A stretch of DNA of 29,156 bases. It comes from a virus. Taxonomy: Duplodnaviria > Caudoviricetes. The position numbers and the translations under genes were made by a program. Shown piece after piece: positions 7,995 to 16,696 of the stretch (position 1 is the first letter of the stretch; every line of letters begins with the position of its first letter). The stretch lies in IMG/VR virus record IMGVR_UViG_3300025390_000031, positions 1 through 29,156 of that record; one strand, given 5' to 3'. The notes beneath the pieces were generated by a model. That model did not search any database. It had not been told where the DNA came from and worked only from the letters and a program-made list of their open reading frames with translations.

Positions 7995-10900
7995 ATGACA
8001 ATCCTACTGTTTGCGAACCAAGCTCAAACTACTTTAGCTTACCCTGCTACTAGCACTGCAACAACGCTTTATGTCGCGGGTGGTACGGCAGCCTACTTTC
8101 CGAATCCCGGTGTAGATGAAGCCTTTAAGCTCACTTTAGTTGATGCGTTAAACAGCCTCATCGTTGAGATTGTTTTGGTTACCGCCGTTGTTGGCGATGC
8201 GCTGACTGTCGTTCGCGGCCAAGAAGGTACAACGCCTAGAGCTTGGAAGGCTGGCGATTTTGCAGTCAACTTAATGACTGCTGGCACTGGTGATGCGTTT
8301 GTTCAATTCCCACAATTATTGACTGGTGAACTGTCAGCTTATTTTGATAATATGCGGACTACTACAGGTCAAGTTGACTCTGTACCAGTAAATCCTACTG
8401 ACTTAGTGAATAAGGCTTATTTAGATAGCGTCATTGTTGGCTTTAGCCCAAAACCAGAATGCCAGTGCGCTACTACGCCATTGGAAGGAAACATTGATTT
8501 ATCTGGTTTTCCAATTATTGATGGTTACCAAACTGTAGATCAAGATCGCGTCTTAGTTAAAAATCAAGACAATGCAAATTACAACGGCATCTATATAGCT
8601 TCATCTGGCGCATGGGCGCGAGCTGCGGATATGGCCGTCTGGGCTGAAGTCCCCGGCGCGTTTACTTTTATTATTAATGGCGGTGTAAATGCCAACACTG
8701 GCTGGGTAGCGATTGTTCCTGAAGTGGGCTACATCGACCATACACCAATTACCTTTACTCAATTAACTGGCCAAGGCAATTCTGGCTATTCTGGCTTCTC
8801 TGGCTATTCAGGCTTTAGCGGTTACTCTGGTTCAGGCATATCGGGCTACAGTGGCGAGTCTGGCTATAGCGGTGACTCTGGCATCAGCGGCTATTCTGGC
8901 TGGTCTGGTGAGTCTGGCTATTCTGGTATTAGCGGATATTCCGGAAGCGGTGTATCGGGCTATTCAGGCTTTTCTGGATATTCGGGTTCTGGCATTTCTG
9001 GCTATTCTGGTGAAAGCGGATATTCTGGTATCTCAGGCTATTCTGGCGATTCTGGCCTCAGCGGTTGGTCAGGCATCTCTGGTTATTCTGGTGACTCTGG
9101 CATCAGCGGTTTTTCTGGTGACTCTGGCATCAGCGGTTTTTCTGGTGATTCTGGTATTAGCGGCTATTCTGGATTTTCAGGCATCAGCGGTTATAGCGGA
9201 ATTTCCGGCTATAGCGGCGAGTCTGGCTATAGTGGTATCTCTGGATATTCTGGTGATAGCGGGATTTCGGGTTATTCAGGACTTTCAGGCGAATCAGGAT
9301 TTAGCGGTATTTCAGGCTATAGCGGATTCTCTGGAGAATCTGGTTACTCTGGATTTTCAGGTATATCGGGTTATTCAGGCTTTTCTGGTGAGTCAGGTTT
9401 CTCAGGTATCTCTGGTTACTCTGGCTTTTCTGGAGAGTCAGGCTATAGCGGCATCAGCGGCTATTCTGGCTTTAGCGGGATTTCAGGCTATTCTGGCATT
9501 TCAGGATATAGCGGAATTTCTGGCTATTCAGGCTGGTCTGGCATCAGCGGATACTCAGGCGCAAGCGGTATATCCAGTAGCTACTACTTCTATAAAGCGA
9601 ATGCTTTAGCGACTAGCGGTGATCCGGGCGCTGACTATCTGCTTTGGAACAATCTAATACAAACTAGCGCGACTCAATTGAATGTTAGCAATCTAACAGC
9701 CAATAGCGTTGATATCAGTGTGTTCTTGGCTTTGCTGGCCACAACTGAAGAAGTAGTTATTCAAGATCAAAGCAATAGCGCGAATTCCCAAACGTGGAAA
9801 ATTACCTCTACACCAACGAATGTGGGTAGCTATTTCACCATCCCAGTTTCCTTGGTATCTTCTACTGGATCAGGAACAACTGGCTTTCTTAATAACCAAG
9901 CTATTATTTTTGCGATTGCCAATGGTATTAGTGGCTTTAGTGGCATCAGTGGCTTTAGCGGCTATTCGGGTATCAGTGGCTATTCTGGATTTAGCGGAAT
10001 TAGCGGTTACAGTGGTATTAGTGGATATAGCGGTATCAGTGGCTATAGTGGCTGGTCTGGTATTAGTGGCTATAGTGGCTGGTCTGGAATTAGTGGCTAT
10101 AGTGGCTGGTCTGGCATCAGCGGTTACAGCGGTTGGTCTGGTATTTCTGGCTACAGTGGCTTTAGCGGCATAAGTGGTTATAGTGGCATCAGTGGCTATT
10201 CCGGCTGGTCTGGTATCAGCGGTTATTCCGGCAGTGGCATTAGCGGTTACTCAGGCTCAGGTGTATCCGGTTATTCAGGCTTTAGCGGTTACAGCGGCAT
10301 CTCTGGCTATTCTGGTATCAGCGGTTATTCCGGCGCTGTAGGCGCTGGTGGAACTATTGGTAACTGGGGATCATTTTGGGATACTACAACCCAAACAACA
10401 ACTGCCAATACTCCAACAGCAATTACTTTTAATTCTTATGATGCAAATAATACTGGAGTGTCGGTAAGTGGTTCACAAGTAACTTTTGCTAATGCTGGAA
10501 CTTATAGCCTTACTTTTTCAATTCAATTTACTAATCACAGTACCGCTTTAGGCACTACACAAGTTTGGTTAAAGAAAAATGGCACAAATATTGCTGATAG
10601 TAATTCTCATTATGATGTGCCAGATAAACAAGGAAGTGCCTTTGCATCTGAAATATTAACTGTTAATTTTGTATTTAATGTTAATGCAAATGATTATGTA
10701 GAACTTTATTGGCAAACAACAAATACTTCTGTTTATTTAGAAACTTTAGCGGCTGGTGCAACCTATCCTGAAACTCCATCTGTAATATTTACTGCAACAC
10801 AAGTAATGTATGGGCAATCAGGTTACTCTGGTTATAGCGGGAAGTCAGGCTACAGCGGTATTTCTGGCTATAGTGGCATCAGCGGATATAGCGGTATTTC

Positions 10901-11609
10901 TGGCTATAGTGGGTCTGGTATCTCTGGTTATTCTGGTAGCGGGATTAGCGGTTACTCTGGCTGGTCTGGCATCAGCGGATATTCTGGTTGGTCAGGCATT
11001 AGCGGTTACTCTGGTTGGTCAGGCATTAGCGGGTATTCTGGTTCTGGCGTCAGCGGTTACTCTGGATGGTCAGGTATTAGCGGCTATTCTGGCTCAGGCA
11101 TTTCGGGGTATTCTGGATGGTCTGGCATCAGTGGCTATAGTGGATCAGGTATCTCTGGTTACAGCGGTTGGTCAGGTATCAGTGGCTACAGCGGCTCAGG
11201 CATCAGCGGCTATTCTGGCTGGTCTGGTATTAGTGGTTACAGCGGATCAGGCGTATCAGGTTATTCTGGCTGGTCAGGTATCAGCGGTTATTCTGGCTGG
11301 TCTGGTATCAGTGGTTATAGTGGCTCTGGTATCAGCGGATACTCTGGCTGGTCTGGTATTAGCGGCTATTCAGGGTCAGGTATCTCTGGCTATTCTGGAT
11401 CAGGCATCTCTGGCTATTCTGGATGGTCTGGTATCTCAGGCTACAGTGGCATTACGCCAGTAGTTGCAACCAATACTACAACCAATCCAACTTATCTTGT
11501 ATTTGTTGCGGGAACATCGGGAAGCCAAACTCACTATGTCAATACAGGTTTAACGTATGACGCAGCCACTAATGCCATCACTGGCGGTATCAATGGCGGA
11601 ACTTTTTAA
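7995..11609 (+). CDS. Long fibre paralogue 3 with Gly-X-Ser (collagen-like or polyglycine-II-like) repeats
   Basis: Shared anchor, then a DRVLVKNQ...NGIY...W.RA.D fibre domain, three G-X-S blocks, and a C1q/BclA-CTD-like domain (AGTYSLTFSIQF...NDYVELYW). Ends INGGTF. Confidence 0.8.
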   Translation: MTILLFANQAQTTLAYPATSTATTLYVAGGTAAYFPNPGVDEAFKLTLVDALNSLIVEIVLVTAVVGDALTVVRGQEGTTPRAWKAGDFAVNLMTAGTGDAFVQFPQLLTGELSAYFDNMRTTTGQVDSVPVNPTDLVNKAYLDSVIVGFSPKPECQCATTPLEGNIDLSGFPIIDGYQTVDQDRVLVKNQDNANYNGIYIASSGAWARAADMAVWAEVPGAFTFIINGGVNANTGWVAIVPEVGYIDHTPITFTQLTGQGNSGYSGFSGYSGFSGYSGSGISGYSGESGYSGDSGISGYSGWSGESGYSGISGYSGSGVSGYSGFSGYSGSGISGYSGESGYSGISGYSGDSGLSGWSGISGYSGDSGISGFSGDSGISGFSGDSGISGYSGFSGISGYSGISGYSGESGYSGISGYSGDSGISGYSGLSGESGFSGISGYSGFSGESGYSGFSGISGYSGFSGESGFSGISGYSGFSGESGYSGISGYSGFSGISGYSGISGYSGISGYSGWSGISGYSGASGISSSYYFYKANALATSGDPGADYLLWNNLIQTSATQLNVSNLTANSVDISVFLALLATTEEVVIQDQSNSANSQTWKITSTPTNVGSYFTIPVSLVSSTGSGTTGFLNNQAIIFAIANGISGFSGISGFSGYSGISGYSGFSGISGYSGISGYSGISGYSGWSGISGYSGWSGISGYSGWSGISGYSGWSGISGYSGFSGISGYSGISGYSGWSGISGYSGSGISGYSGSGVSGYSGFSGYSGISGYSGISGYSGAVGAGGTIGNWGSFWDTTTQTTTANTPTAITFNSYDANNTGVSVSGSQVTFANAGTYSLTFSIQFTNHSTALGTTQVWLKKNGTNIADSNSHYDVPDKQGSAFASEILTVNFVFNVNANDYVELYWQTTNTSVYLETLAAGATYPETPSVIFTATQVMYGQSGYSGYSGKSGYSGISGYSGISGYSGISGYSGSGISGYSGSGISGYSGWSGISGYSGWSGISGYSGWSGISGYSGSGVSGYSGWSGISGYSGSGISGYSGWSGISGYSGSGISGYSGWSGISGYSGSGISGYSGWSGISGYSGSGVSGYSGWSGISGYSGWSGISGYSGSGISGYSGWSGISGYSGSGISGYSGSGISGYSGWSGISGYSGITPVVATNTTTNPTYLVFVAGTSGSQTHYVNTGLTYDAATNAITGGINGGTF
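8781..9576 (+). repeat. Gly-X-Ser coding repeat block 1 (~265 aa)
   Basis: 9-nt period degenerate repeat encoding SGY/SGI/SGF/SGE/SGD with varied synonymous codons. Boundaries approximate. Confidence 0.95.
9924..10335 (+). repeat. Gly-X-Ser coding repeat block 2 (~137 aa)
   Basis: GISGYSGWS/GFS units. Boundaries approximate. Confidence 0.95.
10812..11453 (+). repeat. Gly-X-Ser coding repeat block 3 (~214 aa)
   Basis: GISGYSGWS and GISGYSGS units. Boundaries approximate. Confidence 0.95.
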
Positions 11610-11637
11610 ATATAATGGCTAAAAAAGGAATTTAATT

Positions 11638-13032
11638 ATGGCGGCTACTGGATACACACCCTCAATACTATTTAACAGTGTTACTACTGGTAATACGCCA
11701 TCTTCATTGGTGCAAGGCGAAACGGCGTGGAATATTACCGATAAGAAATTATGGGTAGGTAATGCTTCAGGTACTCCAATTCAATTAATTGGTGCTGGCG
11801 CGAGCATGACTTTAGCTACACTTACTACAGCTAATGACGCCTCTATATCAGGTCTTATTGTTGGTAAGGGTGGTGGTTCTGTTGCTGGTAATACTGTATT
11901 TGGTAATAGCGCTTTATCTTCTGCTAATGGTGCAACAAACTACTCAACCGCTATTGGTGGGAATGCGTTAAAAAATACCACAACAGGCTCAAATTTAACT
12001 GCTATTGGGTATGGAGCATTGACAAATAATGGTGGTGATTTAAATGTGGCTGTTGGTGTAAATGCTTTAACTGCAAATACTTCAGGAAGTAACAATACAG
12101 CTTTGGGTGTTCAATCACTTCAAGCAAACACCACCGCATCTAATAACACCGCAGTAGGCTACCAAGCTGGGTATAGTAATACGACTGGCACTAATCTTGT
12201 AGCTGTTGGTTACCAATCAGGCTATAACAATACTACTGGTGCTGAAAATTCCTATTTTGGTTCTTTATCTGGTGGAACAAATACAACAGGCTCTTATAAT
12301 GCTTCTTTTGGTTTTAATGCATTAAATTTAAATTCTACTGGAACATCTAACGCTGCTTTTGGTCATGCTTCTTTATATAACAATACAGGCTCATACAATA
12401 CTGCTGTTGGAAGACAGGCTTTAGTCTCAAACACCACCGCATCTTACAACACCGCAGTAGGTTATCAGGCAGGGTATAGTAATACTACTGGAACTAATAA
12501 CACCTGTATTGGAATTCAAGCTGGGTACAATATTACTACTGGCGGAAATAATATTTATCTTGGAGTAAATCCTGTTGCCTCTAGTGCAAGCGTTAGTAAC
12601 GAAATAAACATCAATACTGTTGCTTCTGCTGGAAAAGGTGCAAATACTGGTTTTATTCAGCCCAATGGTGGTGGTGTATATCAAGGCAATAACTCTACTT
12701 TATGGTCAATTACTTCTGATGCAAGGTTGAAAAAGAATATTGTTGATAACACAGTAGGTCTTTCTGCAATCAATGCAATTCAAGTAAGAAACTTTGAATA
12801 CCGCACAGCAGATGAAGTAACCGATTTGCCAAAAGAATCTGCTATAGATATTAAAGGCGTTCAAATTGGCGCAATAGCGCAAGAACTTGCTTTAGTATTG
12901 CCAGACTGTGTAAAAACAGAATCTACTGGTGTAATGTCTGTAGATGCAAGCAATATCACATGGCATTTAATTAACGCAGTAAAAGAACTATCCGCAGAAG
13001 TAAGCGCACTCAAAGCTAAATTAGGAGCATAA
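11638..13032 (+). CDS. Tail fibre/spike with beta-roll repeats and C-terminal intramolecular chaperone (peptidase S74)
   Basis: N-terminal L..GE.A.N..D.KL..G motif, ~14-aa NTAVG..A...NTTG repeats, SDARLKKNI cleavage motif, G.IAQE motif and terminal coiled coil. Confidence 0.85.
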   Translation: MAATGYTPSILFNSVTTGNTPSSLVQGETAWNITDKKLWVGNASGTPIQLIGAGASMTLATLTTANDASISGLIVGKGGGSVAGNTVFGNSALSSANGATNYSTAIGGNALKNTTTGSNLTAIGYGALTNNGGDLNVAVGVNALTANTSGSNNTALGVQSLQANTTASNNTAVGYQAGYSNTTGTNLVAVGYQSGYNNTTGAENSYFGSLSGGTNTTGSYNASFGFNALNLNSTGTSNAAFGHASLYNNTGSYNTAVGRQALVSNTTASYNTAVGYQAGYSNTTGTNNTCIGIQAGYNITTGGNNIYLGVNPVASSASVSNEININTVASAGKGANTGFIQPNGGGVYQGNNSTLWSITSDARLKKNIVDNTVGLSAINAIQVRNFEYRTADEVTDLPKESAIDIKGVQIGAIAQELALVLPDCVKTESTGVMSVDASNITWHLINAVKELSAEVSALKAKLGA

Positions 13033-13034
13033 AA

Positions 13035-13253
13035 ATGATTGAATTGACTAAAGAACAAGAAGTAGCACAATCATACAAAGCAGCCATGGACAGCGTAAAC
13101 CTATTAAACGCTGGTAAGCCTGAAGATATGACTGATGAAGATTGGGCAGATACAGTCAAGCGTAATAAAGACCACCTTGAAATTCAAATTGCTAAGGGTG
13201 CAGAGTTTTATGGCGAACATGATTTAACGCCATTTGAAAACGCAGTAAAATAA
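13035..13253 (+). CDS. Small acidic fibre-associated hypothetical protein
   Basis: 72 aa, RBS AGGAG, directly after the S74 fibre. Confidence 0.65.
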   Translation: MIELTKEQEVAQSYKAAMDSVNLLNAGKPEDMTDEDWADTVKRNKDHLEIQIAKGAEFYGEHDLTPFENAVK

Positions 13254-13295
13254 TTTGTAGGATATTTATGATGCAATATCACTTACAAGGAAGCC

Positions 13296-14576
13296 ATGAA
13301 AGTCAGTATAGTAATACCCACTTACAATAACTGCGAAAAATATTTAAAGCCCTGTATAGAGTCCATACTCAAATACACTGAAATGACCGACGTAGAGTTG
13401 GTCATTTCTGCTAACGGCTGTACAGACAATACTTTGCCGTATTTGAACTATCTCAGCACCATCGTACCGCGATTGCTGGTGGTTTGGAGTGATGAGCCAT
13501 TGGGCTACCCTAAGGCCACCAATGAGGGCATTAAGATCTGTACAGCCGATAAAATCATTTTGCTAAACAATGACACCGTATTGCTCGATCAGCCTCAAGA
13601 TCAATGGCTAGAAATCCTAGATAACCCCTTTAGGGCTAATCCTCAGTGCGGTATTTCTTGCATTATTAAGACGCACTCTGAGGCTGCTGGACGTGATTTT
13701 GCCATTTTCTTTTGCGTCATGGTTCACCGCAAAGTATTTGATGCGATTGGCTTACTCAATGAGGAGTATGGCGTAGGGGCTGGCGAAGATACCGAGTTCT
13801 GCATCGAGGCCGAGAACGCTGGCTTTGAAGTTTGCGAGGTCTTTGAAAAGCATTGGGGCGGCAATCTATTCACCGGTGGCTTTCCGATCTACCATCAGGG
13901 CGAAGGTACTGTTCATAACCCAGAGCTAGTTCAAAATTGGGAAAGCATTTTTGCAAAAAATTCCCTCAGATTAGCCAAAAAATACAATCCTAATTACTAT
14001 CGTTTTTTGCTGACTAACAATTACGAACGAGCTGTAGTTTTAAAAGGCGATGATGTTGGCTTTTCCCGCGAGCGTACACGCTACGAGTGGGCGGCCAAAA
14101 ATATACTGGGTAGCTCGCTATTTGAGCTAGGTTGCACTTCTGGCTATGGAAGGCAATTTTTTCTTTTAAATATTAGCTATGTAGGCGTAGATTATGACGC
14201 CATTATTATTGACGTGGCCAATGAACAAGGCTGGGATGGGGTTGATAACACTTTTACTCATGCCGATATCAATCAATATGAGCTAGGGCAATACGATACG
14301 ATTGTTGCCTTTGAAGTGATTGAGCATTTAGACAACGGTTTGGAGCTTGTTAAAAAGTTTAAAAAGCACTGCAAACGACTATTAATTACTGTACCTTTAA
14401 ATGAACCGGTAGGCTTTTGGGGGCATCACCATAAGCTGCATGGCTTAACCGAAGCAGACTTTCCCGGCTTTGAATTTAATTATATTAATGAAGCGGGGCA
14501 GATTAGCGATACCCCTGCGCCACTAGGAGCTGGAAACAATTGCAATCTAATGCTATGCAAATACTCTGCTCAGTAG
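13296..14576 (+). CDS. GT2 glycosyltransferase fused to a class I SAM-dependent methyltransferase
   Basis: VSIVIPTYN, NGCTDNT, LLNNDT and G.GEDTEFC (GT2). C-terminal ELGCTSGYG, YVGVD and YDTIVAFEVIEHL (methyltransferase). Confidence 0.9.
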   Translation: MKVSIVIPTYNNCEKYLKPCIESILKYTEMTDVELVISANGCTDNTLPYLNYLSTIVPRLLVVWSDEPLGYPKATNEGIKICTADKIILLNNDTVLLDQPQDQWLEILDNPFRANPQCGISCIIKTHSEAAGRDFAIFFCVMVHRKVFDAIGLLNEEYGVGAGEDTEFCIEAENAGFEVCEVFEKHWGGNLFTGGFPIYHQGEGTVHNPELVQNWESIFAKNSLRLAKKYNPNYYRFLLTNNYERAVVLKGDDVGFSRERTRYEWAAKNILGSSLFELGCTSGYGRQFFLLNISYVGVDYDAIIIDVANEQGWDGVDNTFTHADINQYELGQYDTIVAFEVIEHLDNGLELVKKFKKHCKRLLITVPLNEPVGFWGHHHKLHGLTEADFPGFEFNYINEAGQISDTPAPLGAGNNCNLMLCKYSAQ

Positions 14577-15538
14577 CCACTAGGGGGCGTTACTTTACAA
14601 CGCTGCCCTTAGTCCTTAACGCCATCATTAACCAAACCCGATTACCAGATAAGCTGGTAATTTTTGATGATAATGACGAGCCACAGGATATGCGAAAAGA
14701 GCTGATCTACAGCTACTTTTTTCAGATGTTAGACATCAAGGGTGTTAAGTGGGAATGGCTATTTGCCGAAAAGAAAGGCCAACATCATATCCACCAGCGA
14801 GCTAATACAATGGGCTACGAGTGGGTTTGGCGGGTAGACGATGACGCTATTCCTGAGCCTAATGTTTTAGAACGCTTGTCAGCCTATGCCAAAGAGCTTG
14901 GCGATGCGGGCATGAAAGTCGGGGCAGTTGGTGGGTCTATTCTAACGCCGCCCAATATGCCAGATACTCGCAAAGTCACTGGCCGTATCAACAATGTAGA
15001 TACAGAGCCTAATATCCAATGGGGTCAAATTACACGCTCTAAAGAAGTAGAGCATCTGCATTGTTCATTCCTCTATCGCGCTGGGGTACATGACTACAAT
15101 CTGGGGCTGTCCAGAGTGGCGCATCGTGAAGAAACGCTATTCACCTATGGCTTACACCAAAAGGGCTATGTCATTTTGGCCGTACCAGACGCCATTACTT
15201 GGCACATGAAAAATCCACAAGGCGGCATTCGCAGTGAAACCAAACAAGAGATGTACTACCACGATGAGTACATATTCAAGAACACTTTAATATACCAAAA
15301 TCATACTATAGTGGTTTTAAATAGCGGGTTAGGCGATCACATTGTCTTTAACCATGTACTGCCTGAAATTAAAAACCCAATGGTTTTCACTTGCTATCCT
15401 GAGATCGTACCGGGGCGGTCTATTGCGGAGGCGCAGCATTTATTCGGCAGCCTAGACCAGTGGAGCATTTACAAGAAGATGGATCAATGGAAGTGGAAAG
15501 ATAGCCTAGAAAATGCTTACAGGAAACTCTATCTATGA
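14555..15538 (+). CDS. GT2-like glycosyltransferase with C-terminal GT9-like N-lobe fragment
   Basis: Likely start ATG 14555 (MQILCSVATRGR), in frame with the listed ORF. VIFDDN, WRVDDDA (DxD) and REET motifs; C-terminal VVLNSGLGDHIVF. Confidence 0.8.
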   Translation: MQILCSVATRGRYFTTLPLVLNAIINQTRLPDKLVIFDDNDEPQDMRKELIYSYFFQMLDIKGVKWEWLFAEKKGQHHIHQRANTMGYEWVWRVDDDAIPEPNVLERLSAYAKELGDAGMKVGAVGGSILTPPNMPDTRKVTGRINNVDTEPNIQWGQITRSKEVEHLHCSFLYRAGVHDYNLGLSRVAHREETLFTYGLHQKGYVILAVPDAITWHMKNPQGGIRSETKQEMYYHDEYIFKNTLIYQNHTIVVLNSGLGDHIVFNHVLPEIKNPMVFTCYPEIVPGRSIAEAQHLFGSLDQWSIYKKMDQWKWKDSLENAYRKLYL

Positions 15539-15990
15539 TCCTTATTCACCCTTATGCTAAACCGTTAATGAATACTAGGGAAAACCCTAAAAATTATCCT
15601 TATTGGAAAGAATTAATCAGCTCAATTAATGAGCCGATTATCCAGATTGGGGTAGAAGGCGAAACGCAACTTGTTGATGATTTCAGGAAAAATTTACCCA
15701 TGTCTGAGCTGCGTCAATTAATCCGCGAATGTCGAACATGGGTTGGCATAGATAGCTTCTTCCAGCACCTTGCATGGGATGAAGGCAAGCCGGGCATAGT
15801 GCTTTGGTCTGTATCTGATCCATTAATCTACGGTCATCCTGAAAACTGGAATCTACTAAAGAGTCGCGATAATCTAGCAGTTAATCAGTTCTTATGGTGG
15901 GACTCTATAGAGCATAAAGCAGAACGATTTGTAACACCTGATGTTGTAGTAGATTTTCTGTACAAAAAGCAATTAAATGATATAGTTTGA
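15535..15990 (+). CDS. GT9 (heptosyltransferase-like) C-terminal lobe protein
   Basis: ILIHP...KNYPYWKELI...IIQIG...VGIDSFFQHLA...KPGIVLW resembles the GT9 nucleotide-sugar-binding lobe. ATGA overlap with the upstream gene. Confidence 0.75.
   Translation: MILIHPYAKPLMNTRENPKNYPYWKELISSINEPIIQIGVEGETQLVDDFRKNLPMSELRQLIRECRTWVGIDSFFQHLAWDEGKPGIVLWSVSDPLIYGHPENWNLLKSRDNLAVNQFLWWDSIEHKAERFVTPDVVVDFLYKKQLNDIV
15978..15986 (+). promoter_or_regulatory. Candidate extended -10 promoter upstream of the lysis-region genes
   Basis: TG-A-TATAGT about 40 nt upstream of ATG 16026; no good -35. Confidence 0.3.
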
Positions 15991-16025
15991 ACTGGCAATG
16001 ATGCCCAACAATTAAGGATAAACCG

Positions 16026-16223
16026 ATGAACGAAATTAAGATTAACGCAGACTTAGTATTGGCCGTATTTCAATATCTTGAAACCCGCCCAGCTAAAGAG
16101 GTATTTCAACTACTGACTGCTCTAGGTCAAACTTGTAGCCCACAATTCCAAGCAATTCAAGAAGCCGAAGCTGCTAATGCTCCAGCGCCAACTGAAGAAG
16201 CTCCAGTAGAAGTAATCCAATAA
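16026..16223 (+). CDS. Hypothetical protein
   Basis: 65 aa, RBS AAGGA, YL..RP..EV..L motif and acidic tail. Confidence 0.65.
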   Translation: MNEIKINADLVLAVFQYLETRPAKEVFQLLTALGQTCSPQFQAIQEAEAANAPAPTEEAPVEVIQ

Positions 16224-16225
16224 TC

Positions 16226-16495
16226 ATGGATTGGTCAGCTATAGTAGGCGGCGCAGCAATAATAGTTACGATATTTAACGGAATTATTAGTTATTGGGTT
16301 AATCAGATATCCAAAAACCAAGACACCTTAGTAGCTGACCAAAAAATCCTTACAGAGAAGCTCCAGCATTTAGAAGTAAAGCTACCAAATGACTATGTCA
16401 AAAAGACTGATTTGGATTACAGGCTATCCCGCATAGAGCATATCCTCGATCAGATCATGATAAAGCTAGATAATAAACAAGATAAGATGGGATGA
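16226..16495 (+). CDS. Membrane-anchored coiled-coil protein (possible holin/antiholin accessory)
   Basis: N-terminal hydrophobic helix, then coiled coil LP..YV.K.D...RIE...D; lies just before the lysis genes. Confidence 0.6.
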   Translation: MDWSAIVGGAAIIVTIFNGIISYWVNQISKNQDTLVADQKILTEKLQHLEVKLPNDYVKKTDLDYRLSRIEHILDQIMIKLDNKQDKMG

Positions 16496-16498
16496 ACT

Positions 16499-16696
16499 AT
16501 GATCTTCCGTAAAATCTGCGCTCTATTAAGCCGCAAACCAATAGAAGCAAAATTGCCTGACTTCCCAGTAGAAGTACCAGCAAAGCCAAAAAAACCGGCG
16601 GTTAAAAAAGCCACAGCTCGCAAACCAGCAGTCAAAAAGACTGTTGCCAAGATAGCTACCAAAGTAGCTAAAAAGCCAACAACCAAGAAAAAATGA
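16499..16696 (+). CDS. Small Lys/Ala/Pro-rich basic protein (histone H1-tail-like)
   Basis: KPKKPAVKKATARKPAVKKTVAK...KKPTTKKK; ATGA overlap with the next gene. Confidence 0.6.
   Translation: MIFRKICALLSRKPIEAKLPDFPVEVPAKPKKPAVKKATARKPAVKKTVAKIATKVAKKPTTKKK

Noticed and set aside
1338-8287. Short opposite-strand and alternative-frame ORFs within baseplate and fibre genes
   Set aside because: They are nested in well-supported genes and have no recognisable motifs.
8781-11453. CRISPR array or DGR template/variable repeats
   Set aside because: The repeats are degenerate 9-nt coding units without unique spacers. No reverse transcriptase or adenine-specific repeat pair was seen.
8851-11463. Long hydrophobic alternative-frame ORFs (8851-9609, 9820-10173, 10810-11463)
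   Set aside because: The +1 frame of a Gly-X-Ser repeat can rarely contain a stop, so long open frames are expected. They coincide with the repeat blocks.
15520-15540. Programmed -1 frameshift fusing the two GT9 halves
   Set aside because: No X-XXY-YYZ slippery site; an ATGA overlap with an RBS explains the junction.
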